In this document: positions 27,869 through 36,284 of the stretch, piece by piece
How the letters are laid out: each line of letters opens with the position of its first letter
Position numbering within the stretch: the stretch's first letter is position 1
From: Candidatus Gottesmanbacteria bacterium
GTDB taxonomy: Bacteria > Patescibacteriota > Microgenomatia > UBA10105 > UBA927
Direction: 5' to 3'
Length of the DNA stretch: 64,000 nt
Assembly: GCA_023245335.1 (NCBI GenBank)
Contig: JAHFKK010000001.1
Span: 872,019 to 936,018 of the forward strand
Position numbers and translations under genes: made by a program
The notes under the pieces: generated by a model
Told to the model about the DNA's origin: nothing
The model's database searches: none
What the model saw: the letters and a program-made list of their open reading frames with translations, nothing else

Positions 27869-30223
27869 CTAAGGGAGAAGTCCCATTGAAGTTACTGGCC
27901 AAAGGTATTGTCCGGGGTCTTGGTCGCTTGTGCCGTTGAGTATACCCCGTAAAGTAGCCTCATTTGGGTTTTGTCCTGACTTAAACATTTCGACAACATC
28001 ACTATCTCCTAGTTGATCCATGTTCGAGTCTTCGGTATACGAAACAGCTGGACCAATATAATTCACCTGAGAACTTAGCGCTATTTGAGAAGGCCAGTAA
28101 ACCTCACTGTAAACCGATTGACCTTTATAGTTATGACCATTTACACTGTAATCAGGAGCCGTATTAATTCTATCTGTATCGCAAGGAGTCGGATACAGAG
28201 AATATGGATTACCCGGCTTGTTCGTGTATCGGATAATAGGAAATACCGACGTGTTGGGATGATCTACGTTTACCGTAAAAACCGGAAACGATCTGAATGG
28301 TACCTTAAGCCAGTGAACAGGCTGTGCCTGAGCTGGCGAGAAATCCCTAATCCCCTTTGGCAAGTAATATTCAGCGCCCAACGAATCGGGTTTTCCATCA
28401 CCATTGAAGTCATCGGGGAACTTTTTATTAATCGACACAAGATTGAATTGCATATCCGGATTTGCATCACCAAACGCAAGTTCGAACGAGCTGCCCCCTT
28501 TTTCCAATGCTTGTTTTAGGCCAGGCATCAGCCATTGTTCGTATGTCCCATCAGAATAGAAAGAATCGGTTAGCCAAACAGACTGATCGTTATTCAATAC
28601 ATCCGCGACCTGAACGACATCGGTCTTCCCAGTAGAAGGGTCAAGCTTATATAACGCTGCATGTAATTCATTGTTATAGAAATGAAACGTTCTCGCAGGT
28701 ACCGATTTCCATCCATCAGACATTTCCACATAGATATTTCCGTCAGTTCCAAGAAATACATGATCGATTGTGGCGCCATCCGTACCCATAATCGCATAAT
28801 CACCCGGATGGGCACTGTCGGCAGTAAATACATACGGACCTATGTCCTTTTGGGTATCAGTAATAATCTGATTAAGCTGATCGGGAGTGAGAGGAGTCTG
28901 TTCCGCTACACGCTGCGGCAAAGCGCTAGCGGGTACTTCTACCGTTGGAATGGATGATGCCACGGTTTCTACAGGGGTAACCACGCTTCCTTTGTCAATA
29001 TTTATCCAGCTCTCGGGAATATCTTTAGCGTCTACATTCACGAGTATAGGCCACGCCCCAACGAACCCAATACGGTCTGCCGTAAGCTGCTGGAATTCAA
29101 AATTATCCGTCCCTACGTCAACGAGCTTACCACCCTGAAAAACGTAATCATACGGAAGCTTGAGATCTCGGGTCACCTGACCATCTACCTTCGGCACTTC
29201 AAACGTTCCGTCGGATTTGCTACGGATTAATTCTGTTAAGCCTGCGTTAGTCGAATACAGCAAATAATCGTATTTTTTGTCGAAGTCTCTGTAGAGAGCA
29301 TCGACATCCGTGCCCGATATCTTCTTCTCTCGCCCCAATTCTGCTATATATCGATCGAAATAACCGCGAGTCACTTCGTCCATATTCGCACGGCCTTCCG
29401 GACCGCCGTAACTGTAGACTTTCGGCGATTCGACCGTACTCACGGCGGTCGGGTAGGAAGCGATTACGGGAACTGACGTCTCTACCGGAACTACCGGAGT
29501 ACTGGTAAGAATTTCATTTACCAATGGAATGGGTGTTACTTCAGCCGCGTGAGTAATTCCGACAGCAGGTCCGGGTTTTTCGACGGTCGCCGGAGCTGCG
29601 ATGGGCGCACAGGCTGCCAGTAAACTGACCGCTGTGGTAAGTAATACAGCTGTATTCCTTTTTTTGGAGTCACTGAGGATGCCGCCAAATATCACGGGGA
29701 ACATTAAGCTCGTTTCGCCGGTCATAGGTATTTGAACCGGGACTTCTGTATGATTGGGGGAGGCAATTGCCCACAGTACGGTCGACCGGAGTGCATCAGC
29801 TTGTCTTCCTTCACGAGCCGCACTACCGGCCCGTGCGACCCATCCTTCCTTTGCCCGTGCCTTTGCGCCGGTAGTCTTCGCAGACTGTGTTTCCCGTCCG
29901 GATACCGGTCCTCTGAACCTTCCCCGATCGGTAAATTGATGAGCGGGGATGGTGATCTGCTTTCCCTGATAATCAACCTTCACACTCCGAGAGGCACGAC
30001 CCCGTTGTTCACCTTTCGCATATGAAACGGCGAAGTCCGGAGCCATCTGGCTTAGGCTTTGTCGCGAGGAAAAAATCTCTGCACTCCGGGGAGCCCGTGA
30101 CGCTTGGGATCCGGCGGCTGCAAGTGAAAGTATTGTAAGTGCCGCAGGAAGGGGATGGAGTTGCCGATGCTTCCTCGGATATATTTTCGGACCTTTGTCT
30201 ACTTGTGATTCAGGCATAGTCAT
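27869..30223 (-). CDS. Large surface or membrane-anchored protein with an Arg-rich N-terminal region, an internal TM/lipobox-like segment and Ca-binding-like DxDGDG motifs.
   Basis: 784-aa ORF. The ATG at 30223 sits 9 nt downstream of a near-consensus promoter. The hydrophobic segment AVLLTTAVSLLAACAP lies near residue 190. FNGDGKPDS resembles Ca-binding loops. Confidence 0.5.
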   Translation of the reverse strand: MTMPESQVDKGPKIYPRKHRQLHPLPAALTILSLAAAGSQASRAPRSAEIFSSRQSLSQMAPDFAVSYAKGEQRGRASRSVKVDYQGKQITIPAHQFTDRGRFRGPVSGRETQSAKTTGAKARAKEGWVARAGSAAREGRQADALRSTVLWAIASPNHTEVPVQIPMTGETSLMFPVIFGGILSDSKKRNTAVLLTTAVSLLAACAPIAAPATVEKPGPAVGITHAAEVTPIPLVNEILTSTPVVPVETSVPVIASYPTAVSTVESPKVYSYGGPEGRANMDEVTRGYFDRYIAELGREKKISGTDVDALYRDFDKKYDYLLYSTNAGLTELIRSKSDGTFEVPKVDGQVTRDLKLPYDYVFQGGKLVDVGTDNFEFQQLTADRIGFVGAWPILVNVDAKDIPESWINIDKGSVVTPVETVASSIPTVEVPASALPQRVAEQTPLTPDQLNQIITDTQKDIGPYVFTADSAHPGDYAIMGTDGATIDHVFLGTDGNIYVEMSDGWKSVPARTFHFYNNELHAALYKLDPSTGKTDVVQVADVLNNDQSVWLTDSFYSDGTYEQWLMPGLKQALEKGGSSFELAFGDANPDMQFNLVSINKKFPDDFNGDGKPDSLGAEYYLPKGIRDFSPAQAQPVHWLKVPFRSFPVFTVNVDHPNTSVFPIIRYTNKPGNPYSLYPTPCDTDRINTAPDYSVNGHNYKGQSVYSEVYWPSQIALSSQVNYIGPAVSYTEDSNMDQLGDSDVVEMFKSGQNPNEATLRGILNGTSDQDPGQYLWPVTSMGLLP

Positions 30224-30232
30224 AACTACCCT

Positions 30233-30261
30233 ATAGTATCAATTTGACTTATCATTGTCAA
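30233..30261 (-). promoter_or_regulatory. Near-consensus leaderless promoter (TTGACA, 17 nt, TACTAT, 9 nt, ATG) for the 784-aa gene.
   Basis: On the minus strand: TTGACAatgataagtcaaattgaTACTATagggtagttATG. Confidence 0.6.
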
Positions 30262-30274
30262 ACCGGTTTTCTAC

Positions 30275-30295
30275 AAAAAATCCCCTCACGGGGAT
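30275..30295 (-). terminator. Rho-independent terminator ending the tandem-pilin operon.
   Basis: On the minus strand: ATCCCC-GTGA-GGGGAT followed by TTTTTT. Confidence 0.65.
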
Positions 30296-30418
30296 CGGAC
30301 ATATACGACTCGGACTGATCAAAAAGCTATATTGAAATCCGTGCCTCATAATATATAGTACTATACCTCACACCCGGACCTGTCAAGATATTAGAATCCC
30401 ATTCTTACGAGCGATATA

Positions 30419-30973
30419 CTAATTCCTCAGTGTTACCGTCGTACCAAATTTATTTGACGCTTGCTCATATGTTTTTGGTGAAGAACCCTTTTGAGTCAGA
30501 GTGAAATCTATTTTTATGCTCTGAGATCCGTCGGGCGCAACCACACAGGTAAATGCCAGGGCTGTCGTACAATCAGTACCCGCAAGCGTGACCGATGGAC
30601 TGGAAAGGTAGGCGGAGACTCCTGCGCTGGTCGATGCTATACGGAGGATCCCACCGTCGTCCCGGCATTCAAACGTCGTCGTGCCGCCATCAGGATTGAC
30701 GATATCAATAGAAGGATTAGAGGAAACCAGTGATCCACATGCAGAGGATACTTTTCTCGAATTTTGTATCATCCGGGTCATGATATCGAGGACGAAATCA
30801 CCGTTTTGTTTCACTTCCTTCTGTATCTGAGTCTTCGTGTTCGTGCGGAGTGTCGCAAAAAACACCGAACTCAAAACTCCGCTCATGAGCGCAAATATCC
30901 CGATTGCTACAAGAATCTCGACGAGGGTAAATCCTGCATCAGTCGAAAAGTACTGAGTAAAATTAAATTTCAT
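30419..30973 (-). CDS. Type IV prepilin-like protein (minor pilin).
   Basis: MKFNFTQYFSTDAG/FTLVEILVAIGIFALM is a class III signal peptide with G/F cleavage site and Glu+5. The ORF is open further upstream to 31102. Confidence 0.7.
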   Translation of the reverse strand: MKFNFTQYFSTDAGFTLVEILVAIGIFALMSGVLSSVFFATLRTNTKTQIQKEVKQNGDFVLDIMTRMIQNSRKVSSACGSLVSSNPSIDIVNPDGGTTTFECRDDGGILRIASTSAGVSAYLSSPSVTLAGTDCTTALAFTCVVAPDGSQSIKIDFTLTQKGSSPKTYEQASNKFGTTVTLRN

Positions 30974-30977
30974 ATAG

Positions 30978-31460
30978 TTATTGCCACTCAGTAAAGTCAC
31001 TTTCGACGTTACTGCGATAAACATTAACGCCGTCCTGCCAGGCGACAATGACCGTAACGTGCATATGCTCTTTATTGGGATCAGGATCCGATTTCCAATC
31101 AAAAAAAACCAGTCGGGAATACCTGTTATCTATATTATTCGAGCATTCATTTGTTACTGGCTGCAATACACTCCAATCGCCATTCGCGTTCAAACACCAC
31201 AAACACGTTCCCTCATCGTTTTGGCAGGCCACATCATTCAACTTTCGAAAATCTGACCAACCCTTATTCCGAAACAGCCTGGTCATCTCCATGCCCTCTT
31301 GGGCGTATTTTGTGGCTATACTCCTATCCTGTGCTAACCGACCCTTTTTGAGGGTGGCAGTCGTGGCAGCGACCAATCCGGTCACGAGAAGCAGCACCAC
31401 GCCCAACATGACGGAGACTTCCAGTAAAATCTGTCCGGAGGAAAACGTCCATCGCCTCAT
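30978..31460 (-). CDS. Type IV prepilin-like protein (minor pilin).
   Basis: MRRWTFSSG/QILLEVSVMLGVVLLL (cleavage after G, Glu+5). Confidence 0.6.
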   Translation of the reverse strand: MRRWTFSSGQILLEVSVMLGVVLLLVTGLVAATTATLKKGRLAQDRSIATKYAQEGMEMTRLFRNKGWSDFRKLNDVACQNDEGTCLWCLNANGDWSVLQPVTNECSNNIDNRYSRLVFFDWKSDPDPNKEHMHVTVIVAWQDGVNVYRSNVESDFTEWQ

Positions 31461-31533
31461 ACATCAAGTATCATGTGTCTGATACCAGGAATCAAGGGTT
31501 AAGTATCTAAAATAATCCTGACACTCACCGCAC

Positions 31534-32028
31534 TCACTGTAGCCCCTGGTCGACAACTTCACCCTGCTGGGTGACGCTTATGACGTACGTGAAATTACCG
31601 GAAATTGTGCCGATCGTTATGGTCGCGGGAGTATCCACACCGCGATTCAGCACGCGAAAAAGTATTGGTGACGGGACAGGCGTAAAATAAAGTTGGTTAT
31701 TGAGAGAAGTCGCAACAACTGGCGTCGTCACATCCGGATCACACACAGCTTCTACCCGATAACTATTCGCCTGGAAGCTTACTTGGTAACCGGTCAGACG
31801 CGTACAGGCGATATTTAGAGGTTTTTCCCCGGCAGAAGCCTGCGTCTGCGCATTTCTCAACGCGTCTTTCAAAGTCAGAGCCTCCTGGATAAGGACCTGC
31901 CGCTTCGTGTAGTTATTATACCCGACCGCCGTGATACTCATGACGATAGAAAGTATGACGATGCTTATGAGAAGCTCTATGAGGGTAAACCCTGTTTCAC
32001 GCGGTGTCTTATGGATTACGGCGGCCAT
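31534..32028 (-). CDS. Type IV prepilin-like protein.
   Basis: RETG/FTLIELLISIVILSIV. The likely start is the internal MAAVIHK. Confidence 0.7.
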   Translation of the reverse strand: MAAVIHKTPRETGFTLIELLISIVILSIVMSITAVGYNNYTKRQVLIQEALTLKDALRNAQTQASAGEKPLNIACTRLTGYQVSFQANSYRVEAVCDPDVTTPVVATSLNNQLYFTPVPSPILFRVLNRGVDTPATITIGTISGNFTYVISVTQQGEVVDQGLQ

Positions 32029-32461
32029 AATTGCATTGTGTGGTGGTGACGTTGGCTTCACAATTAGAATCTATATTGCTTGCATGTTCTATATACGCAC
32101 ACAGGCAATATCCGTAGTATTTACTGTTTGCCGCGTCATAATCAGTCGGGGTGTAATAGTAACGGTACAGGGACGGCATGGGGTCGGGGGGTATATCCGG
32201 CAAATAGTCACCCTGAACCGTGAGCGCATCGGATAGATTTGTCGCCACGTCAAAGCCCTGCGGATTCACGGCCGGGTACGATCCGACATCCGCCCGATAC
32301 ATCTCGAGAGCAGAACGAAGACCTTCGACATCGCTTTTCCTTTTGGTATTCCGGGACTGGACGTTCACCGTCGCATACGAAGCAATACCTATCGCCATGA
32401 GGATCGCCATAATGGATACAGTGACAAGAAGTTCTATGAGCGTAAATCCGCGCTTTGCCAT
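32009..32461 (-). CDS. Type IV pilin (PilA/pseudopilin-like).
   Basis: MAKRG/FTLIELLVTVSIMAIL is the canonical prepilin N-terminus. Confidence 0.8.
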   Translation of the reverse strand: MAKRGFTLIELLVTVSIMAILMAIGIASYATVNVQSRNTKRKSDVEGLRSALEMYRADVGSYPAVNPQGFDVATNLSDALTVQGDYLPDIPPDPMPSLYRYYYTPTDYDAANSKYYGYCLCAYIEHASNIDSNCEANVTTTQCNYGRRNP

Positions 32462-32471
32462 ATGAAAAATA

Positions 32472-32504
32472 AACCCGCCGGGTTGATTAGGTTCAAACCT
32501 CTTC
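32472..32504 (+). repeat. REP-like palindromic element, copy A (AACCCGCCGGGTTGATTAGGTTCAAACCTCTTC).
   Basis: Identical 33-mer to copy B. Lies in the intergenic spacer between the pilD stop and the pilin start. Confidence 0.8.
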
Positions 32505-32529
32505 TTCTAACCCGTTTTCCTACAATTTC

Positions 32530-33294
32530 TCAAAATAAGTGCCCCCACCAACCTAAAATCATTTGCCCCCAAAGCAGGGTCACCGCTATGCCGAAAATGA
32601 GAAATGGTCCAAAAGCGACCCGACTTCGCATCCCCGCTAACCTCAATATCATCAGTATGACACCGTACATGGCACCGGTCAAGAACGCCACATACAGGGC
32701 TATAATGACGCCCGGATAAGCTAACATTAGCCCTATGATTCCGGCTAGTTTGACGTCGCCAAACCCCATACCGCGCCGCCGGGTGATGCGATAGAGAAGG
32801 TAAAAAAATAGTCCCGACAGCACTCCGACTTCCAGATGCATGAGTTTATCGGCAGGGGAGAGGGATATGAATCGCGGGAGATAACCCACAAGACCTACAA
32901 CCAGCATACTGTCGGGGATAAAGTACGTTTTGACGTCTACCATAAAGATAACCAAAAAAGCCGACGAGACGACGAGAGCGCCGACAAATTCGATGACGCC
33001 GCGGGCGTCAGCCATCGGCAAAGCCGCCATATATATGAGAGTGTAGAGAACTGCTGTTGCTACCTCCATGAGGGGATATTGCCATGAAAGTCTTTTGTGA
33101 CAGCGGGCACATCGCCCGCGCTGGAACGCAAACGAGAGTAAAGGAATAAGTTCGTACCACCGGAGTATTTTTTTACAATGGTCGCAATGACTCCGTCCGT
33201 ATACGACATCCTCGCCTTTCGGCAGGCGATCAATAAGGACATTGAGAAACGAGCCCATGCATAGTCCCGCAATCCCAACCAAAAATGCATGCAT
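32530..33294 (-). CDS. pilD: Prepilin peptidase (A24 family).
   Basis: N-terminal CxxC...CxxC zinc motif (CDHCKK...CARCHK). Polytopic domain with GFGDVKL. Confidence 0.85.
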   Translation of the reverse strand: MHAFLVGIAGLCMGSFLNVLIDRLPKGEDVVYGRSHCDHCKKILRWYELIPLLSFAFQRGRCARCHKRLSWQYPLMEVATAVLYTLIYMAALPMADARGVIEFVGALVVSSAFLVIFMVDVKTYFIPDSMLVVGLVGYLPRFISLSPADKLMHLEVGVLSGLFFYLLYRITRRRGMGFGDVKLAGIIGLMLAYPGVIIALYVAFLTGAMYGVILMILRLAGMRSRVAFGPFLIFGIAVTLLWGQMILGWWGHLF

Positions 33295-33341
33295 ATAGGC
33301 TAGTGTCAGCTTTCCTTGTAGAGACTGTCAAGATATAGAAC

Positions 33342-33374
33342 AACCCGCCGGGTTGATTAGGTTCAAACCTCTTC
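33342..33374 (+). repeat. REP-like element, copy B, identical to copy A; the upstream flank of the RAYT gene.
   Basis: Exact 33/33 match to 32472-32504. Confidence 0.8.
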
Positions 33375-33375
33375 C

Positions 33376-33412
33376 TTGACATGCGTATCATAGATGATAC
33401 GTTAACATCATG
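33376..33412 (+). promoter_or_regulatory. Putative RAYT promoter (TTGACA -35) overlapped by a perfect 18-bp palindrome CGTATCATAGATGATACG (33384-33401), a candidate operator.
   Basis: TTGACA at 33376-33381. The palindrome occupies the spacer. A weak -10 (TACGTT) lies 6 nt before the ATG at 33410. Confidence 0.45.
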
Positions 33413-34087
33413 GGTTCCCCGCGATCAGTAAATTTTCGTAACGACTATATTTATCACGTCTTCAATCGCGGTGTAGAAAGACGCAACTTATTCCTTTCCA
33501 CCCGGGACAGCGAACGATTTATCATGCTTCTCGAATATTATCGATTCTTAGATATTCCAAAAAGCTTTTCTCACTACCTCAATCTCTCAATAGAAGAGCG
33601 CCAAATCTACTACGATACAATCCAAAAACTCCCTCTTACGATTGATATCCTGGCTTATTGCCTCATGCCTAATCATTTTCATCTACTCGTACGCCAAAAG
33701 GGTGATCTCGGAATCATAAAGGCAATCTCAAATATCGCAAACGGCTATGCGAAATATTTCAATGCCAAAAATAAGCGGGTAGGCCCATTGTTCCAAGGAC
33801 CTTTTAAGGCGGTGCGGATAGAGTCTGATGAACAACTCCTTCACGTCTCCCGATATATTCACCTGAATCCTGTCGTCAGCGGAATAATTCCCGAAAAGGA
33901 GCTTTTATCTTATCCTTGGTCATCTTTATCTTCTTATGTCGGCAAGCAACCATCGCGATGGGTAGAAGAACGAACCGTGCTTTCTCATTTCAAAAATTGT
34001 CAGGAATATCTGACGTTCGTATGTGATCAAATCAGCTTCGCTAAGGAATTACAGAAGATAAAACATATCATTCTAGAAGATGTTTGA
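33410..34087 (+). CDS. REP-associated tyrosine transposase (RAYT), an IS200-like HUH/Y1 transposase.
   Basis: YHVFNRGVERRNLF. HUH motif in YCLMPNHFHLLV. YAKYFN, GPLFQGPFK and RYIHLNPV are typical of the Transposase_17/RAYT family. Flanked by inverted REP copies. Confidence 0.8.
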   Translation: MGSPRSVNFRNDYIYHVFNRGVERRNLFLSTRDSERFIMLLEYYRFLDIPKSFSHYLNLSIEERQIYYDTIQKLPLTIDILAYCLMPNHFHLLVRQKGDLGIIKAISNIANGYAKYFNAKNKRVGPLFQGPFKAVRIESDEQLLHVSRYIHLNPVVSGIIPEKELLSYPWSSLSSYVGKQPSRWVEERTVLSHFKNCQEYLTFVCDQISFAKELQKIKHIILEDV

Positions 34088-36284
34088 ACCTAATCAACCC
34101 GCCGGGTTTATTTTCCGCGCATGGAAGGATATCGGGGCCCTCGTCCTCATCGGTGTTGTCGTCGTGATATTTTTTTTCCGTCTGTTTTTCCCAATCCCGA
34201 AACTCATCATGACACCGGACTTCGGCCGGAGTGATGCGTGGTCCTTTAGCTTCTCGACAAAGTATATGCTGGCAGAAAATCTGAAACACGGCACCTGGCC
34301 CCTCTGGTCGCGGCTCGTAGGTGACGGGTTTCCTATCCAGGCCGAAGGACAAATCGGAACATTCTTTCTCCCGAATCTCTTGCTATTCCGGCTATTTGAT
34401 GTCGTCACCGCCTACAACATCGCACTCCTCCTTACCTTTGTGACAGGGGGAGTAGGCATGTATGCCTGGTTACGACTCACGAAATTTCCGGTCGCGGTAT
34501 CGCTTTTTAGCGCCCTTGCATTTACGTTTTCCGGGCTCATGGTACCCCACCTTACCCATATCACACTCCTCCAGGGATTTACGTTACTCCCAGCTCTCAT
34601 GGCGATTACGTATCTTTTTGCCAAACGACCGTCCCCATTTCTCATGTGCGTGTTTGCCTTGGTCGCAAGTCAGCAATTTCTTGCCGGATTTCCGCAGGCG
34701 TCCTTTGTCACGCTCATATTTACGTCCGCCTATTTCATCTGGATCATACGGACCGAACGCCACAAGGTATCCTGCGTATTCTATTACACCGGCGCACTCC
34801 TTCTCATGGGACTTTTATCCATGGTACAGTTGCTGCCGTCGAAAGAATTTCTCACCACAATTCTCAATGCGGATGGTTTTTCTCTCTATGACGCATCGTT
34901 TTATTCATTCCCATTCCGGAATATCCTCACGCTCATCTATCCGTTTATCTTTGGGTCACCCGCCAACGGATCATACATGCAGGCCAACATATACGGAGGC
35001 AATGTCTTCTGGGAAAACGTCGCCTACATCGGCATCATTCCGACGTTCAGTATTTGCGGTCTCCTGTTTTATGATCACCGGAAATTTTTTCGGGCTCCTC
35101 AGATATTTTTTGCGCTCTCCGCATGTGTTGCGTTTCTTCTTATGACGGGACGGCACTCACCCGTATATTTCATTTATTCGTTCTGGCCGTTTGAACTCTT
35201 CCGCGTTCCATCCCGGTTTATCTGGATATTCGTGACCTCGCTTCTCGTTCTATCGACCGCAGGTCTTCATAAACTCTTGCGTACTATCCGCCCTGCGGCC
35301 GGAAAGGTACTGCTTCTTACTATCTGTGTACTTATATCAGGGTACTTTGGCGTACGATATTGGTGGAATTATCACATATTGGAACCGGCAAAAAATGTGC
35401 TTAGTGCGCCTGCATTTGCCCGTTATGTGAGTCCCGACGACCGGACAGACGGACTATTCACGACAGAACGCTATTCTTCTGAATTCATAAGAAGCGGTTG
35501 GACGCACCCCGAGGTATACCAGCTTTTTCAAAATACATTTCCGGCAAACGGCAATGTCATATGGCATATAGATGCACACGAAGTGGCTTCCGGCCGGTCT
35601 CTGAGACGAGCATCCATTATCGACAGCCTCATCGGCGTCAGTGAAACCATAGATGATACGCGGACCACAGCAACAGTGAGCGCATTCGGAGAAAAAGTCC
35701 TGAGCCTCACGGGAACGTCGAAACTTATAAGCAATGTGCCGGATCTTCGGACGACGTTTGTGCCAATGGCTACCATAAGCGCCGGAATCCAGCATATGAC
35801 CATGTATCAAAATCCGTCAGCTGTGCCGAAGGCGTATGTGGCGAGCGATGTCCGATTGGCGCATTCTGTCCAGGATGTAGGAATGATACTCAAGGACACG
35901 ACGTTTATTCCTGGGGCGTCCGTCATACTCGAATCATCGCCCTCGGCAGTATTATCAGACTCACCGGTATCGATACAACGAGTGCGTGAACGGGATACCG
36001 AGGAAATCTTTCGGGTCACCGGCGGAACCACCAATCAGATGTTTGTCGTAAACGAAACCTATTACCCCGGCTGGAAAGCATATATTGATGGGACAGATGC
36101 TCCCATCCTTCCCGCAAACATCCGATACCGTGCCATCTTCCTCCCCAAAGGTGACCATACGGTACGATTTGTCTACGACCCGCCATTTTTTCGAGTAGGG
36201 TTATGGATCAGCATCTTGTCTTATGCGGGTGTCATTGGATGGGCATTTCTGTCTGCTTTTTTGTCTTCTCGTACTCGGCCATGA
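34080..36284 (+). CDS. YfhO-family polytopic membrane protein (glycosylation-associated) with a C-terminal extracytoplasmic domain.
   Basis: SDAWSFSFSTKYMLAENLKHGTWPLWSRLVGDGFPIQAEGQIGTFFLPNLL matches the conserved YfhO N-terminal region. More than 10 TM helices. The first 12 codons are encoded by REP copy C. Confidence 0.6.
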   Translation: MFEPNQPAGFIFRAWKDIGALVLIGVVVVIFFFRLFFPIPKLIMTPDFGRSDAWSFSFSTKYMLAENLKHGTWPLWSRLVGDGFPIQAEGQIGTFFLPNLLLFRLFDVVTAYNIALLLTFVTGGVGMYAWLRLTKFPVAVSLFSALAFTFSGLMVPHLTHITLLQGFTLLPALMAITYLFAKRPSPFLMCVFALVASQQFLAGFPQASFVTLIFTSAYFIWIIRTERHKVSCVFYYTGALLLMGLLSMVQLLPSKEFLTTILNADGFSLYDASFYSFPFRNILTLIYPFIFGSPANGSYMQANIYGGNVFWENVAYIGIIPTFSICGLLFYDHRKFFRAPQIFFALSACVAFLLMTGRHSPVYFIYSFWPFELFRVPSRFIWIFVTSLLVLSTAGLHKLLRTIRPAAGKVLLLTICVLISGYFGVRYWWNYHILEPAKNVLSAPAFARYVSPDDRTDGLFTTERYSSEFIRSGWTHPEVYQLFQNTFPANGNVIWHIDAHEVASGRSLRRASIIDSLIGVSETIDDTRTTATVSAFGEKVLSLTGTSKLISNVPDLRTTFVPMATISAGIQHMTMYQNPSAVPKAYVASDVRLAHSVQDVGMILKDTTFIPGASVILESSPSAVLSDSPVSIQRVRERDTEEIFRVTGGTTNQMFVVNETYYPGWKAYIDGTDAPILPANIRYRAIFLPKGDHTVRFVYDPPFFRVGLWISILSYAGVIGWAFLSAFLSSRTRP
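34081..34113 (-). repeat. REP-like element, copy C (inverted), overlapping the RAYT stop and the annotated YfhO-like start.
   Basis: Its reverse complement, GGAAAATAAACCCGGCGGGTTGATTAGGTTCAAACATCTTC, matches the extended copy A. Confidence 0.75.

Larger units (their letters stand above)
33342..34113. mobile_element. REP-RAYT-REP unit (REPtron-like): a HUH transposase bracketed by inverted REP-like palindromes.
   Basis: Copy B at 33342-33374 on the plus strand. Copy C at 34081-34113 on the minus strand: 38/41 identical to the extended copy A, including the GAAAAATAA extension. Confidence 0.65.

Noticed and set aside
32480-32504. tRNA-like T-arm (GGTTCAAACC) inside the REP element; a general search for tRNA genes in intergenic regions.
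   Set aside because: No 5-bp T-stem with a 7-nt loop, no acceptor or D-arm partners. No convincing tRNA or tmRNA signatures such as GGTTCGAATCC were found anywhere in the window.
32462-32719. 85-aa plus-strand ORF (MKNKPAGLIRFKPLL...) and the 94-aa minus-strand ORF at 34068-34352 ending ...NKPGGLIRFKHLLE.
   Set aside because: Both are read through REP-like elements. KPAGLIRFKPLL is simply the REP translated. They overlap better-supported genes or intergenic DNA. Treated as spurious.
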